Source: an uncultured Spirochaetaceae bacterium (GTDB taxonomy: Bacteria > Spirochaetota > Spirochaetia > DTKZ01). Taken from it: 64,000 nucleotides of DNA. Location: NCBI GenBank assembly GCA_964397655.1, contig CAYNKA010000002.1:93721-157720 (forward strand). Reading direction: 5' to 3'. Below are positions 41,807 through 50,926 of this stretch, one piece after another. Position 1 is the stretch's first letter; each line of letters starts with the position of its first letter. The translations under genes and the position numbers were made by a program. The notes under the pieces are model-generated. The model was not told the origin of the DNA. It saw nothing but the letters and a program-made list of their open reading frames with translations, and searched no databases.

Positions 41807-41914
41807 GCAAAAATCCGTTTGCGGGGCCATTTGACTCGAGCAACGTCCTCTTCGTGTCCGCACGAAGAGCCAAATGAAGGCCATGGTCAACGGGACCCGC
41901 AAACGGATTTTTGC
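41807..41914. repeat. Large imperfect palindrome: perfect 19-bp outer stem (GCAAAAATCCGTTTGCGGG / CCCGCAAACGGATTTTTGC) enclosing a 9-bp inner hairpin (CTCTTCGTG-tccg-CACGAAGAG)
   Basis: Inverted repeats read directly. Located between the last CRISPR repeat and the tRNA-Phe promoter. No flanking T-run. Confidence 0.55.
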
Positions 41915-41920
41915 CATCCC

Positions 41921-41949
41921 CATTGACATTTCTTCCTGCATTCTATATA
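41921..41949 (+). promoter_or_regulatory. Sigma70-like promoter for tRNA-Phe (TTGACA-N17-TATAAA)
   Basis: Consensus -35 element, 17-nt spacer and a near-consensus -10 element, about 10 nt upstream of the tRNA 5' end. Confidence 0.5.
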
Positions 41950-41960
41950 AAGTACGGCGT

Positions 41961-42036
<76 letters not shown>

Positions 42037-42039
42037 CTG

Positions 42040-42072
42040 CATGCCTCCCTTTTCGGGGGGCTTTTTTTTTCG
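42040..42072 (+). terminator. Rho-independent terminator after tRNA-Phe
   Basis: Stem GCCTCCC-ttttc-GGGGGGC followed by TTTTTTTTT. Confidence 0.55.
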
Positions 42073-42156
42073 AAGTTTCGATTCAGGCACGCTTGCCAGA
42101 CCGTCCCCGATCGGCTTATCATTCCGGAGACCTTTTCTCGTTAAAGGTGACCAGAT

Positions 42157-43668
42157 ATGGAACGATTGAACAGGAAACTCGTGCTTTCCCGCTCCGCCGA
42201 GCTCGATCCGGCCGGCATCGCGGGAAAAGCCTATCCCGAGAAGGTGCTCCAATTCGGCGAAGGCGGCTTTCTCCGCGGCTTCGTCGACTGGATGATCCAC
42301 CGCATGAACGGGCGGGGGATCTTCAACGGCAGCGTGGTCGTCGTCCAGCCCATAGCTCAGGGCACGGTGTCCCTGCTCAACGAGCAGCAAGGCCTCTATA
42401 CCCTGCTCAGGCGCGGAATCCGGGACGGGAAGGAGGAAGAAGACATCGAGGTCGTCTCCTCGATCAGCCGCGGACTGGATCCGTACTCGGATTTCGGAGC
42501 CTTCCTCGCGTGCGCGAGGAACCCCGACCTCCGCTTCATCGTTTCCAACACCACGGAGGCCGGGATCGCCTATCGCGACGGAGAAAGCTTCCGGGACGAG
42601 CCGCCCGCCTCCTTTCCGGGCAAGGTCGCCCGGTTCCTTTTTGAACGCTATTCCTGGTGCGGCGGCGATCCAAAGAAGGGTTTCGTCTTTCTCCCCTGCG
42701 AACTCATCGACCGGAACGGCGACAATCTCCGGAGGATCGTCCTCCGTCTCGCCGAGGAATGGGGTCTCGAGGAAGGCTTCCGCGCCTGGGTGGAGAAGGC
42801 GAACGTCTTCTGCAACACCCTCGTGGACGGCATCATGACCGGCTTCCCGAAGGAGGAGATCGCAGAACTCCAGGCCAAGGCAGGATACGAAGACAGGCTC
42901 TTCGACACCGGAGAGCTCTTCAGGCTCTGGGTCATCGAGGCGCCGGCGATCGTGCAGGACGAATTCCCCCTCCACCGCGCGGAGATGGAGGTGGTGTGGA
43001 CCGACGACATGGGCCCCTACAGGACCCGCAAGGTACGCATCCTGAACGGTCCCCACACGATGACGGTCCTCGGCGCCTATCTCGCCGGAAAGGAAACGGT
43101 GAGGGACTGCCTCGAGGACGAGACGATCAAGGCCTACCTCCGAAAGGGCATTTTCGAGGAGATCATCCCGGTCCTTACGCTGCCGAGGAAGGAACTCGAG
43201 AAATTCGCGGAAGAGGTCCTCGAGCGGTTCGCGAACCCCTTCATCAAGCATTATCTTCTATCCATCGCCCTCAATTCCGTTGCCAAGTACAAGGCCCGCG
43301 TTCTCCCCACGATCCAGGAATACGAGGCGAAATTCGGCGGAGCCCCCGACGCCCTCTCCTGGTCCATGGCCGCTCTCATCGCCTTCTATCGCGGCACGGA
43401 GATCCGCGACGGGGCCCTGATCGGGCATCGCGGCGGCGAGGAATACCCGATCAAGGACGACGCCGACGTGCTCGAGATCTTCCGCGGCCTCTGGAAGGGC
43501 TCGTCCGATCCGAAAAAACTCGCACGGGAGGTTCTCTCCTGTCGGCGCTTCTGGGACGCGGATCTCACGTCGCTCCCGGGATTCGAGGAAAAGGTGGCCT
43601 TCCATCTCGCCGGCATTCTCGAGAGAGGCCCCCTCGCCTCCATGGAGGACGCGGTCCGCGGCCGGTAG
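42157..43668 (+). CDS. uxaB: Altronate oxidoreductase / tagaturonate reductase
   Basis: Strong resemblance to E. coli UxaB along its length (KVLQFGEGGFLRGFVDWMI vs RIIQFGEGNFLRAFVDWQI; FIVSNTTEAGIAY; LPCELIDRNGD). Confidence 0.85.
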   Translation: MERLNRKLVLSRSAELDPAGIAGKAYPEKVLQFGEGGFLRGFVDWMIHRMNGRGIFNGSVVVVQPIAQGTVSLLNEQQGLYTLLRRGIRDGKEEEDIEVVSSISRGLDPYSDFGAFLACARNPDLRFIVSNTTEAGIAYRDGESFRDEPPASFPGKVARFLFERYSWCGGDPKKGFVFLPCELIDRNGDNLRRIVLRLAEEWGLEEGFRAWVEKANVFCNTLVDGIMTGFPKEEIAELQAKAGYEDRLFDTGELFRLWVIEAPAIVQDEFPLHRAEMEVVWTDDMGPYRTRKVRILNGPHTMTVLGAYLAGKETVRDCLEDETIKAYLRKGIFEEIIPVLTLPRKELEKFAEEVLERFANPFIKHYLLSIALNSVAKYKARVLPTIQEYEAKFGGAPDALSWSMAALIAFYRGTEIRDGALIGHRGGEEYPIKDDADVLEIFRGLWKGSSDPKKLAREVLSCRRFWDADLTSLPGFEEKVAFHLAGILERGPLASMEDAVRGR

Positions 43669-43792
43669 GGCCGAACGGCCGTATTTTCTTTCAATAGAAG
43701 GCTATTCGGATGCAGGACACTTGCAGGAATCACCCAAGTGAAGTAATCTTGTAAGGATACGCGTTGAAATCACCTCGGGCGGAGGAGGAGTC

Positions 43793-44698
43793 GTGTTCCA
43801 GAAACAGATCATGATGAGGCGGGTCCTCTACTCGCTGGCACCGATCTTCTTGTTTTCGGTCTACCTCTACGGCTGGAGGAGCCTTGCAGTGACCGCGACG
43901 TCGATCATTCTCGGCACCATGACCGAGTACTTCATGGAGCGAACCAGGAAGAAGCCGGTGAGCGAAGCGGTCCTCGTAACCTGCGTTCTCTATGCACTTT
44001 CGCTGCCTCCGAAAACGCCGCTCTGGGTCGTCGGAGTCGGCATCGTGTTCGCGGTCTTCTTCGGCAAGGAGGTCTACGGCGGATTCGGCAGGAACGTCTT
44101 CAATCCGGCCATCACCGGCCGACTTTTCGTGTACATAACCTTCGCCACCCTGCTCTCTGCGTCGTGGATGGTTCCCGGCGGCTTCGGGGCGCACGCCGAC
44201 GCGGTGAGCACGGCGACTCCGCTCGCGCTTCTCCGGCAGGGCAAAGGATCGGAACTCGATCTCCTCGACCTGTTCACGGGCCTGCGCGGAGGCGCCCTGG
44301 GGGAAAGCTCGATCGCCCTCATCCTCCTCGCCGCGGTCTACCTCCTCGCGACGAAGACCGCGAGCTGGAGGATCGTATTCTCCACCGTCGGAAGTGCGGC
44401 CCTCTTCTCGTTCGTCCTCGACTTCTTCGGCGTGAAGGGCGCCTTTCCGGCCCTCGCGTCCATGATGAGCGGTAGCGTGCTCTTCATCGCGGTCTTCATG
44501 GCCACGGATCCGGTCTCCGCTCCCAAGAAACCCGTCTCGCAATGGGTCTACGGCATCGTGATCGGCACCGTCGCGATCCTTCTCAGACTGTACTCCGCCT
44601 TTCCCGAAGGCACGAGTTTCGCCGTGCTCATAGGCAACACCTTCGCCTGCCTGATCGACGAACTCGCAGGCATGCGGAAAAAGGAGGTCGCCTCGTGA
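43793..44698 (+). CDS. nqrB: Na+-translocating NADH:quinone oxidoreductase subunit B (NqrB/RnfD family)
   Basis: Motifs GRNVFNPAITGR, FMATDPVSAP and YSAFPEGTSFAVLIGN. A polytopic membrane protein. Confidence 0.8.
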   Translation: MFQKQIMMRRVLYSLAPIFLFSVYLYGWRSLAVTATSIILGTMTEYFMERTRKKPVSEAVLVTCVLYALSLPPKTPLWVVGVGIVFAVFFGKEVYGGFGRNVFNPAITGRLFVYITFATLLSASWMVPGGFGAHADAVSTATPLALLRQGKGSELDLLDLFTGLRGGALGESSIALILLAAVYLLATKTASWRIVFSTVGSAALFSFVLDFFGVKGAFPALASMMSGSVLFIAVFMATDPVSAPKKPVSQWVYGIVIGTVAILLRLYSAFPEGTSFAVLIGNTFACLIDELAGMRKKEVAS

Positions 44699-45309
44699 AC
44701 AAGGAAGGAATCGGCTACACCATCGGTTTCGCGTTCGTCATCACCTTCGTCTTCGTGTTCTTCCTCGCGCTCGCGAACGAGGGTACCAAGGGCATCGTCG
44801 CCGGGAACCAGGAGATCGCGCGCCAAAAGGCCATCCTCGCCGCCATGGACGTCAAATTCGCGAGCGACGAGGAAGCCGCGAAATTCTTCAAGGACGTGAA
44901 GACGGTCGACAAGGACGGAAGCCGGTACTACACCTTGGAAAAGGGCGGCAAGACCGTGTACGCGAAGCAGTTTTCGGGGAGCGGGCTCTGGGGCACGATC
45001 ACCGGCATCCTCGCCGTGAACGACGACATAACGAGGACCGTAGGCCTTCAGATCCTGAGCCACAACGAGACCCCCGGTCTCGGCGGCAGGATCGACGAGG
45101 CCTGGTTCAAGGACCAGTTCAAGGGCGAGGCGATCAGGAACGGAAAGATCGTCGTGACCTCAGGAGCCGAGGCGGGAACCCTCAAGAAGGATCCCGAAGA
45201 CGGCATGCTCGACGGGATCACCGGAGCTTCGAGGACGAGCCAGGCCATGGGGACTCTCGTGAACCAGGACATAGCCGAACTCAAGGCACTCGTCGGAGCG
45301 AAAAAATGA
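44695..45309 (+). CDS. nqrC: NQR subunit C (NqrC/RnfG family, FMN-binding)
   Basis: N-terminal TM helix and an FMN attachment motif (DGITGASRTS). GTG start at 44695 overlaps the nqrB stop. Confidence 0.7.
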   Translation: MNKEGIGYTIGFAFVITFVFVFFLALANEGTKGIVAGNQEIARQKAILAAMDVKFASDEEAAKFFKDVKTVDKDGSRYYTLEKGGKTVYAKQFSGSGLWGTITGILAVNDDITRTVGLQILSHNETPGLGGRIDEAWFKDQFKGEAIRNGKIVVTSGAEAGTLKKDPEDGMLDGITGASRTSQAMGTLVNQDIAELKALVGAKK

Positions 45310-45929
45310 ATTCCAAAGAAGCGAAGAATATTGCGAAACAGAACCTCTGGTTCAACAATCCGATCTTCATCCAGATCCTCGGCATCTGTTCCACGCTGGC
45401 GGTCACGAACGTACTCACGAACACCCTCATCATGACCCTGGGAGTGACCTTCGCCACCGCCTTCTCCAGCCTCACGGTATCCCTCCTGAAGGAGCTCATC
45501 CCGAGGAAGGTGAGGATGATCGCCCAGGTACTCGTCATGTCCTTCTACGTCATCATCCTCGACATCCTGCTCCGGGCCTATCTTCCGGAAATCTCCAAGA
45601 GCCTGGGTCCCTACGTGGGCCTCATCATTACGAACTGCATCCTCATGGGCCGCGCGGAAGGCTACGCACAGAGCAATCCGCCCCTCGCCTCCTTCTGGGA
45701 CGGCCTCACCTCGGGGCTGGGCTACATGTGGGTGCTCATGACGATCGCCTTTTTCCGGGAATTCCTCGGCTTCGGGACGCTCTTCGGCGTCCGCGTCGCG
45801 CCGCAGGGCTTCGTGACATGGACCATCATGGTCATGGCGCCCAGCGCCTTCTTCATGGTGAGCCTGCTCCTCTGGGCAGCGAAAACCATCCAGAGCAGAG
45901 CGAAAAAACCCCAGGGAGGTAAGGCATGA
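45306..45929 (+). CDS. nqrD: NQR subunit D (NqrD/RnfE family)
   Basis: Length 207 aa. A polytopic membrane protein. Confidence 0.8.
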   Translation: MNSKEAKNIAKQNLWFNNPIFIQILGICSTLAVTNVLTNTLIMTLGVTFATAFSSLTVSLLKELIPRKVRMIAQVLVMSFYVIILDILLRAYLPEISKSLGPYVGLIITNCILMGRAEGYAQSNPPLASFWDGLTSGLGYMWVLMTIAFFREFLGFGTLFGVRVAPQGFVTWTIMVMAPSAFFMVSLLLWAAKTIQSRAKKPQGGKA

Positions 45930-46522
45930 ACGCCCCCGACATCGCCCCCCTCACCCTCTTCTTCGCCTCCATCTTCACGAGCAACATCCTCCTGGCGAAC
46001 TTTCTCGGAATGTGCTCGTTCATCTCGATCTCCAAGGACCTGAAGTCGTCGAACGGCCTCGGCCTCGCGGTGACCGTGGTTCTCGCGATCACGAGCGTCG
46101 TCAACTGGGCGGTCCTCCACTACTTCCTCATCCCGCTCGGGCTCGAATATCTCAGGTTCATCGTCTTCATCGTCGTCATAGCCGCGGTGGTGCAGATGCT
46201 CGAGATGCTCATCGATCGCGTATCGCCCGCCCTGTACATGGCGCTGGGGATCTTCCTTCCGCTGATCACGGTGAACTGCGCGATCCTCGGAGTCGTCCTT
46301 TTCATCGACATCAGGAGGTACGGATTCCTGCAGTCCCTCGTGTTCGGCACGGGTTCCGGCCTCGGCTGGTGGCTCGCCATCATGTCCCTGGCCGCCATCC
46401 GGAAGAAAATCGACAACGGACCGGTGCCGGCCGGGCTCAAAGGGCCGGGCATAACCCTGATCACCATAGGGTTCATGGCCATGGCCTTCATCGGGTTCTC
46501 CGGCATGCTCAACGTTCAGTGA
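45926..46522 (+). CDS. nqrE: NQR subunit E (NqrE/RnfA family)
   Basis: Length 198 aa. A polytopic membrane protein. Confidence 0.8.
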   Translation: MNAPDIAPLTLFFASIFTSNILLANFLGMCSFISISKDLKSSNGLGLAVTVVLAITSVVNWAVLHYFLIPLGLEYLRFIVFIVVIAAVVQMLEMLIDRVSPALYMALGIFLPLITVNCAILGVVLFIDIRRYGFLQSLVFGTGSGLGWWLAIMSLAAIRKKIDNGPVPAGLKGPGITLITIGFMAMAFIGFSGMLNVQ

Positions 46523-46533
46523 GGAGGAAAGAC

Positions 46534-47652
46534 GTGAGTTATGCGATCATACTTGCACCTGCGGCGCTCGGAGGCTTGAGCGCGATCCTCGCACTTCTCA
46601 TAGCGGTCCTCGACAGGGTCGTCAACAATTACGGCGAAGTCGTCATAGACATCAACAAGGGCAAACGCCAATTGAAGGTGAAAGGCGGGGCGCCCCTCCT
46701 CCTTTCCCTCGCCGAGCAGGGCGTGTTCGTCCCATCGGCCTGCGGAGGGCGCGGAAGCTGCGGGGCCTGCAAGACGCGGGTGCTCTCGGACGTAGGACCC
46801 CATCTCCCGACCGAGACGCCGTACCTCACCAAGAACGAGATGGACCAGAACGTCAGGCTCGCCTGCCAGATCAAGCTCAAGAAAAACATAGAGGTCGAAA
46901 TCCCCGAGGCCCTCTTCAACATCCGCAGGTACACGGGCACCGTGGAAAGGATCAGGAACGTCACGCACGACATCAAGGAAGTCTACGTCCGCCTGGACGA
47001 GCCGAACGAAATCGCGTATACCTCCGGCCAGTACGTCCAGCTCATGGTCCCGCCTTACGGAAAGATCAAGGAACCGACCCAGAGAGCCTATTCCATGTCC
47101 TCCAGGCCGAGCGACAGGAACCACGTGGAGCTCTTGATACGGCTCGTGCCCGGCGGCATCGTCACGACCTACGTGCACACTCTCATGAAGGAAGGCGAGC
47201 GCGTCGTATTGACCGGTCCCTTCGGCGAATTCATGGTACGCGATACCGAGGCCGCCATGATCTGCGTGGCCGGGGGCTCGGGCATGGCGCCCTTCAAGTC
47301 CATCCTCTGGGACATGCGGGAGAAGGGAAAAGCGGACCGGGACGTCTGGTTCTTCTTCGGCGCAAGGACCCAGAAGGACCTCTTCTACGTCGAGGAGCTC
47401 GAGGAACTCGCGAAGCAGTGGAGCCGCTTCCATTTCATAGCCGCGCTTTCCGAACCCCAGGGAGGGGATTGGAAGGGCGAAAGCGGCCTCATCACCGCGG
47501 TACTCGACCGGTACTTGAACACGGTCATCGACAAAGCCGTCCCGAAGGAGGGATACCTCTGCGGGAGCCCCGGCATGCTCGACGCGTGCATCGCGGTCAT
47601 GAAGAAGGACGGCATTTCGCCGGAAAAAATCTATTACGACAAATTCGCCTGA
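46534..47652 (+). CDS. nqrF: NQR subunit F (2Fe-2S ferredoxin domain plus FAD/NADH-binding domain)
   Basis: N-terminal TM helix, 2Fe-2S motif (CGGRGSCGACK) and FNR-like motifs (RAYSMSS, GGSGMAPF). GTG start with a GAGGAGGA ribosome-binding site. Confidence 0.85.
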   Translation: MSYAIILAPAALGGLSAILALLIAVLDRVVNNYGEVVIDINKGKRQLKVKGGAPLLLSLAEQGVFVPSACGGRGSCGACKTRVLSDVGPHLPTETPYLTKNEMDQNVRLACQIKLKKNIEVEIPEALFNIRRYTGTVERIRNVTHDIKEVYVRLDEPNEIAYTSGQYVQLMVPPYGKIKEPTQRAYSMSSRPSDRNHVELLIRLVPGGIVTTYVHTLMKEGERVVLTGPFGEFMVRDTEAAMICVAGGSGMAPFKSILWDMREKGKADRDVWFFFGARTQKDLFYVEELEELAKQWSRFHFIAALSEPQGGDWKGESGLITAVLDRYLNTVIDKAVPKEGYLCGSPGMLDACIAVMKKDGISPEKIYYDKFA

Positions 47653-47667
47653 CAGGGAGGAAAGAGC

Positions 47668-48120
47668 ATGAAGATGCCGCCGTTGTTCGTCAAAGCACAG
47701 GCAAATATGCAGCCCGGGGTCCTCAGTTCCGCCGGATTTCTCGGCGACGACGACCGGCTCCTCGCTGACATCATCGCGCGAGACGAGGAGGCGTTCCAGA
47801 AGCTCGGGCTGGATTTCTCGAAGGCAGCGGAGTCGCTCAGGCGTCTCATGAACGAAGGTCGCAAGGGGCTCGGGGAGCCCATCACCGTCGAGGGGAAATG
47901 GAGGGTCCAGGTCTCCGAGGCCCGGGGGGTCCTCGCCTGCCCCTTCGAGGACGGCGTCAGCCGCAAGACGAACGCGACGGTCGAGCTCGTCGACGGCGGA
48001 AGGAGGATCTACTTTTCGGACCTTTCCCTCCACCTCATGGAGGTCCACCATTTCCTCCAGGGGAAAGGATCCCCTTTCCGGCTAGAACCGGAAGACATCA
48101 AGCAGGTACTCGGGAATTGA
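47668..48120 (+). CDS. Hypothetical protein
   Basis: ORF of 150 aa in an intergenic-sized gap, with typical codon usage. Confidence 0.4.
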   Translation: MKMPPLFVKAQANMQPGVLSSAGFLGDDDRLLADIIARDEEAFQKLGLDFSKAAESLRRLMNEGRKGLGEPITVEGKWRVQVSEARGVLACPFEDGVSRKTNATVELVDGGRRIYFSDLSLHLMEVHHFLQGKGSPFRLEPEDIKQVLGN

Positions 48121-48141
48121 TCCGGTAAGTGGGAGACAGGA

Positions 48142-50223
48142 TTGGCCAGCGAACGGATTCTCATCGTCGAAGACGAAAAGATCATCGGACTCGACCTCCA
48201 ACGCCGCCTGGAGAAATTCGGCTATACGGTCGTCGACCTCGTATCCACGGGCGAAAAGGCCGTCGCCGTGGCCTGGGAGACGAGGCCGGACATCATCCTC
48301 ATGGACATCATGCTGGCCGGAAAGATCGACGGAATCGAGGCGGCGACGCGCATCAAGGAAAACTGCAAGATCCCCGTCATCTTCCTCACCGCCTATGCCG
48401 ACGAGAACACCCTGGAACGCGCGAAGCAGGCGGAGCCCTTCGGTTACATCCTGAAGCCGTTCAAGGAACGCGAGCTCTACACCACCATCGACATAGCCCT
48501 CTACAAGCATTCGATCGACCGGAAGCTCTATCAACAGGAGCGGTGGTTCTCGGCCATCCTGGAAAGCGCCGGAGACGGGATCATCGCCACGGACAGGAAC
48601 AACTTCATCAGGTTCATGAACCCGGTCGCGGAGATCCTCACGGGTTGGAAGGAAAAGGACGTACAGAACGCCAACATCAAGGAGATCCTGAAGCTCTTCG
48701 ACGACAAGACGTCGCTCTCCATCGAGATACCCAAGGTCCCCGACACGAGAAGCGAATTCCCGCTCTTTTTCGACTCCGTTCACATCGTCAACAAGCAGGG
48801 AGCCAAGATCCACATCGAGGGGAGCGTGGCCCAGATCCTCGAGCCCGACAAGAACATCATCGGACAGGTATTCGTGTTCCAGGACGTGACGGACATCCAG
48901 CGAATGTCGGAGACCATCACCTACCAGGCAAGCCACGACTCGCTCACCGGCCTCATCAATCGGGAGGAGTTCTTCGTCAAGCTCGAGAACGCCCTCGGCC
49001 AGGTCAAAGGTTCCGAGATGAAGCACGGCTTCATCTTTCTCGACCTCGACAAGTTCCACGTGGTCAACGACCTGTGCGGCCACATCGCAGGCGACGAACT
49101 CCTGCGGCAGGTGACCGAGGACATCAAGGCCGTGGTGCCGGAGGGGAAGACCATCGGCAGGCTCGGCGCGGACGAGTTCGGGATACTCATCGACGACATA
49201 AGCATGAAGGACGCGGAAAAGATCTCCCAGAAGCTCCTGCAGACCGTCCAGCGGACCTTCCTCTGGCAGAAAAGCAGCTTCAAGATCACCGCGAGCATAG
49301 GCGTCGTTCCCATCGACGCGGAAAGCAGGGATTTCTACAACATCCTCGCGGCCGCGGACGACGCCTGCTATTTCGCGAAGCAGGAGGGAGGCAACAGGAT
49401 CAAGCACTACGACACCACGAACTACCAGTTCCTCAAGCGTCGCGGCGAGATGAAGTGGATATCGCATCTCACGGCGGCGCTCGAGGAAAACCGCTTCGTG
49501 CTCTTCAGCCAGACCATCCTCGCACTCGATCCCTCCAAAGGCTACGGGGACAAGGCGGAAATCCTTCTCCGCCTCAAGGACTCCGAAGGCAACCTCGTCC
49601 CCCCGTCGGATTTCATCCCCGCCGCGGAGAGGTACAACTTCATGCCCGCGATCGACCGGTGGGTCATCCGCGAGGTGGCCGAATACATCCGGAAATCGAC
49701 CGAAGCCGGCTCAAAACCGGGAGTCATCTACTGCATCAACGTCTCCGGCGCCTCTATCGCCGACGAGACCCTCTTCGACAACCTGTCGGGAGTGTTCGAC
49801 CAAACCGGCGTCGATCCCAAGCTCCTGTGCTTCGAAATCACGGAAAGCACGGCAATCGAGAACCTATCCTTCGCCATCACCTTCATCAAGCGATTGAAAC
49901 AACTCGGCAGCACTTTCGCGCTGGACGACTTCGGGAACGGCTTCTCCTCCTTCGCTTATCTCAAGAGCCTGCCGGTGGACTTCCTGAAGATCGACGGCTC
50001 CTACGTCAAGGACATCGTCCAGGATCCGATAGACCACACCCTCGTGGAATCGGTGAACAATATCGGCCACGCCATGGGCATGAAGACCATTGCGGAATTC
50101 GTGCAGAGCGACGAGATACTCAGGCTTCTCAGGGAAATGGGAGTCGATTACGGCCAAGGCTACTCGATCTCGAAGCCCGAGCCCCTGGTTCTCCCTGCGA
50201 ACGTCCCGAAAGAAGGTCGATGA
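48142..50223 (+). CDS. Response regulator receiver-PAS-GGDEF(degenerate, GADEF)-EAL protein
   Basis: REC domain (ILIVEDEK ... DIILMD), a PAS domain, a GGDEF domain with RLGADEFGIL, and an EAL domain with EILLRL and FEITES motifs. Confidence 0.85.
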   Translation: MASERILIVEDEKIIGLDLQRRLEKFGYTVVDLVSTGEKAVAVAWETRPDIILMDIMLAGKIDGIEAATRIKENCKIPVIFLTAYADENTLERAKQAEPFGYILKPFKERELYTTIDIALYKHSIDRKLYQQERWFSAILESAGDGIIATDRNNFIRFMNPVAEILTGWKEKDVQNANIKEILKLFDDKTSLSIEIPKVPDTRSEFPLFFDSVHIVNKQGAKIHIEGSVAQILEPDKNIIGQVFVFQDVTDIQRMSETITYQASHDSLTGLINREEFFVKLENALGQVKGSEMKHGFIFLDLDKFHVVNDLCGHIAGDELLRQVTEDIKAVVPEGKTIGRLGADEFGILIDDISMKDAEKISQKLLQTVQRTFLWQKSSFKITASIGVVPIDAESRDFYNILAAADDACYFAKQEGGNRIKHYDTTNYQFLKRRGEMKWISHLTAALEENRFVLFSQTILALDPSKGYGDKAEILLRLKDSEGNLVPPSDFIPAAERYNFMPAIDRWVIREVAEYIRKSTEAGSKPGVIYCINVSGASIADETLFDNLSGVFDQTGVDPKLLCFEITESTAIENLSFAITFIKRLKQLGSTFALDDFGNGFSSFAYLKSLPVDFLKIDGSYVKDIVQDPIDHTLVESVNNIGHAMGMKTIAEFVQSDEILRLLREMGVDYGQGYSISKPEPLVLPANVPKEGR

Positions 50224-50926
50224 CGCGGCCCACTGCCGTGAGCGAGAGCGCTATCGCCTCCCCGATCCCTCCGTCCTCCGCTGAAAACCCGTCTCCGTCC
50301 ATGCCGCCCTCCGTGCGGCCCCGAGCCTCAAGCTCCGCGAGGGCGATGCGGGCGATTCCCGCATGCAGCGCCCCGAATGCCCGAACGTCGAAGCTCCCTG
50401 CGTCCGGACGAAGCGGCAGTCCAACGATCGAAGCGAGCGGGAAAACGGCGTCCTCCTCGAGCGGAAGTACCTTGAGCACGACCGAGAAATCCCCGATACG
50501 GTCCCTGAAGCGGAGCAGCCTCTCCTCTTCCGCAGAGTCGGCTCGCCGGCGTGCGGCGAATATCGAACCTCGAAGCACCGAAGCCAAGACCTCCAGGTCC
50601 GCCACGGCCGCAAGGTCGCCTGCCGCCGCGAGTATTCTGCGCCGTGAGAAGACGGCCCGGAGATGTCCGTCCTTATCCGCGTGTGCCGCGAAAAAATCGT
50701 CGGCCCAGGCCTCCAGGGGGAGTGCGGGCGAGGGAGCCGTGCGGCCTTTCAGGTAGAACTTCTCGCAATCGGAGAGCCGCGCGGCGGCCTGCGCCTCCGC
50801 AAGCAGCCCCCTCGTTCGGAGAGCGCAGACGCAGGCCGCCGCCACGGCGGCGAAGGCCTTCACGAAGGAGGAGGATTCCGGAACGGGCCCGAGGCCCCCC
50901 CCGACAGACGGAAGATAAGCGGTCAT
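50129..50926 (-). CDS. Hypothetical protein (translationally coupled to upstream PAS-GGDEF-EAL gene; convergent 95-nt overlap with the REC-GGDEF-EAL gene)
   Basis: Its start shares an ATGA overlap with the stop of the 50923..53058 gene, and it fills a 700-nt gap. No recognizable motif; it could be a GC artefact. Confidence 0.3.
   Translation of the reverse strand: MTAYLPSVGGGLGPVPESSSFVKAFAAVAAACVCALRTRGLLAEAQAAARLSDCEKFYLKGRTAPSPALPLEAWADDFFAAHADKDGHLRAVFSRRRILAAAGDLAAVADLEVLASVLRGSIFAARRRADSAEEERLLRFRDRIGDFSVVLKVLPLEEDAVFPLASIVGLPLRPDAGSFDVRAFGALHAGIARIALAELEARGRTEGGMDGDGFSAEDGGIGEAIALSLTAVGRVIDLLSGRSQGEPGARASRSSSLGRNRLPFP

Noticed and set aside
42157-43668. Considered whether this 503-aa protein is the missing NqrA
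   Set aside because: The sequence aligns along its length with altronate oxidoreductase UxaB (mannitol dehydrogenase family), not NqrA.
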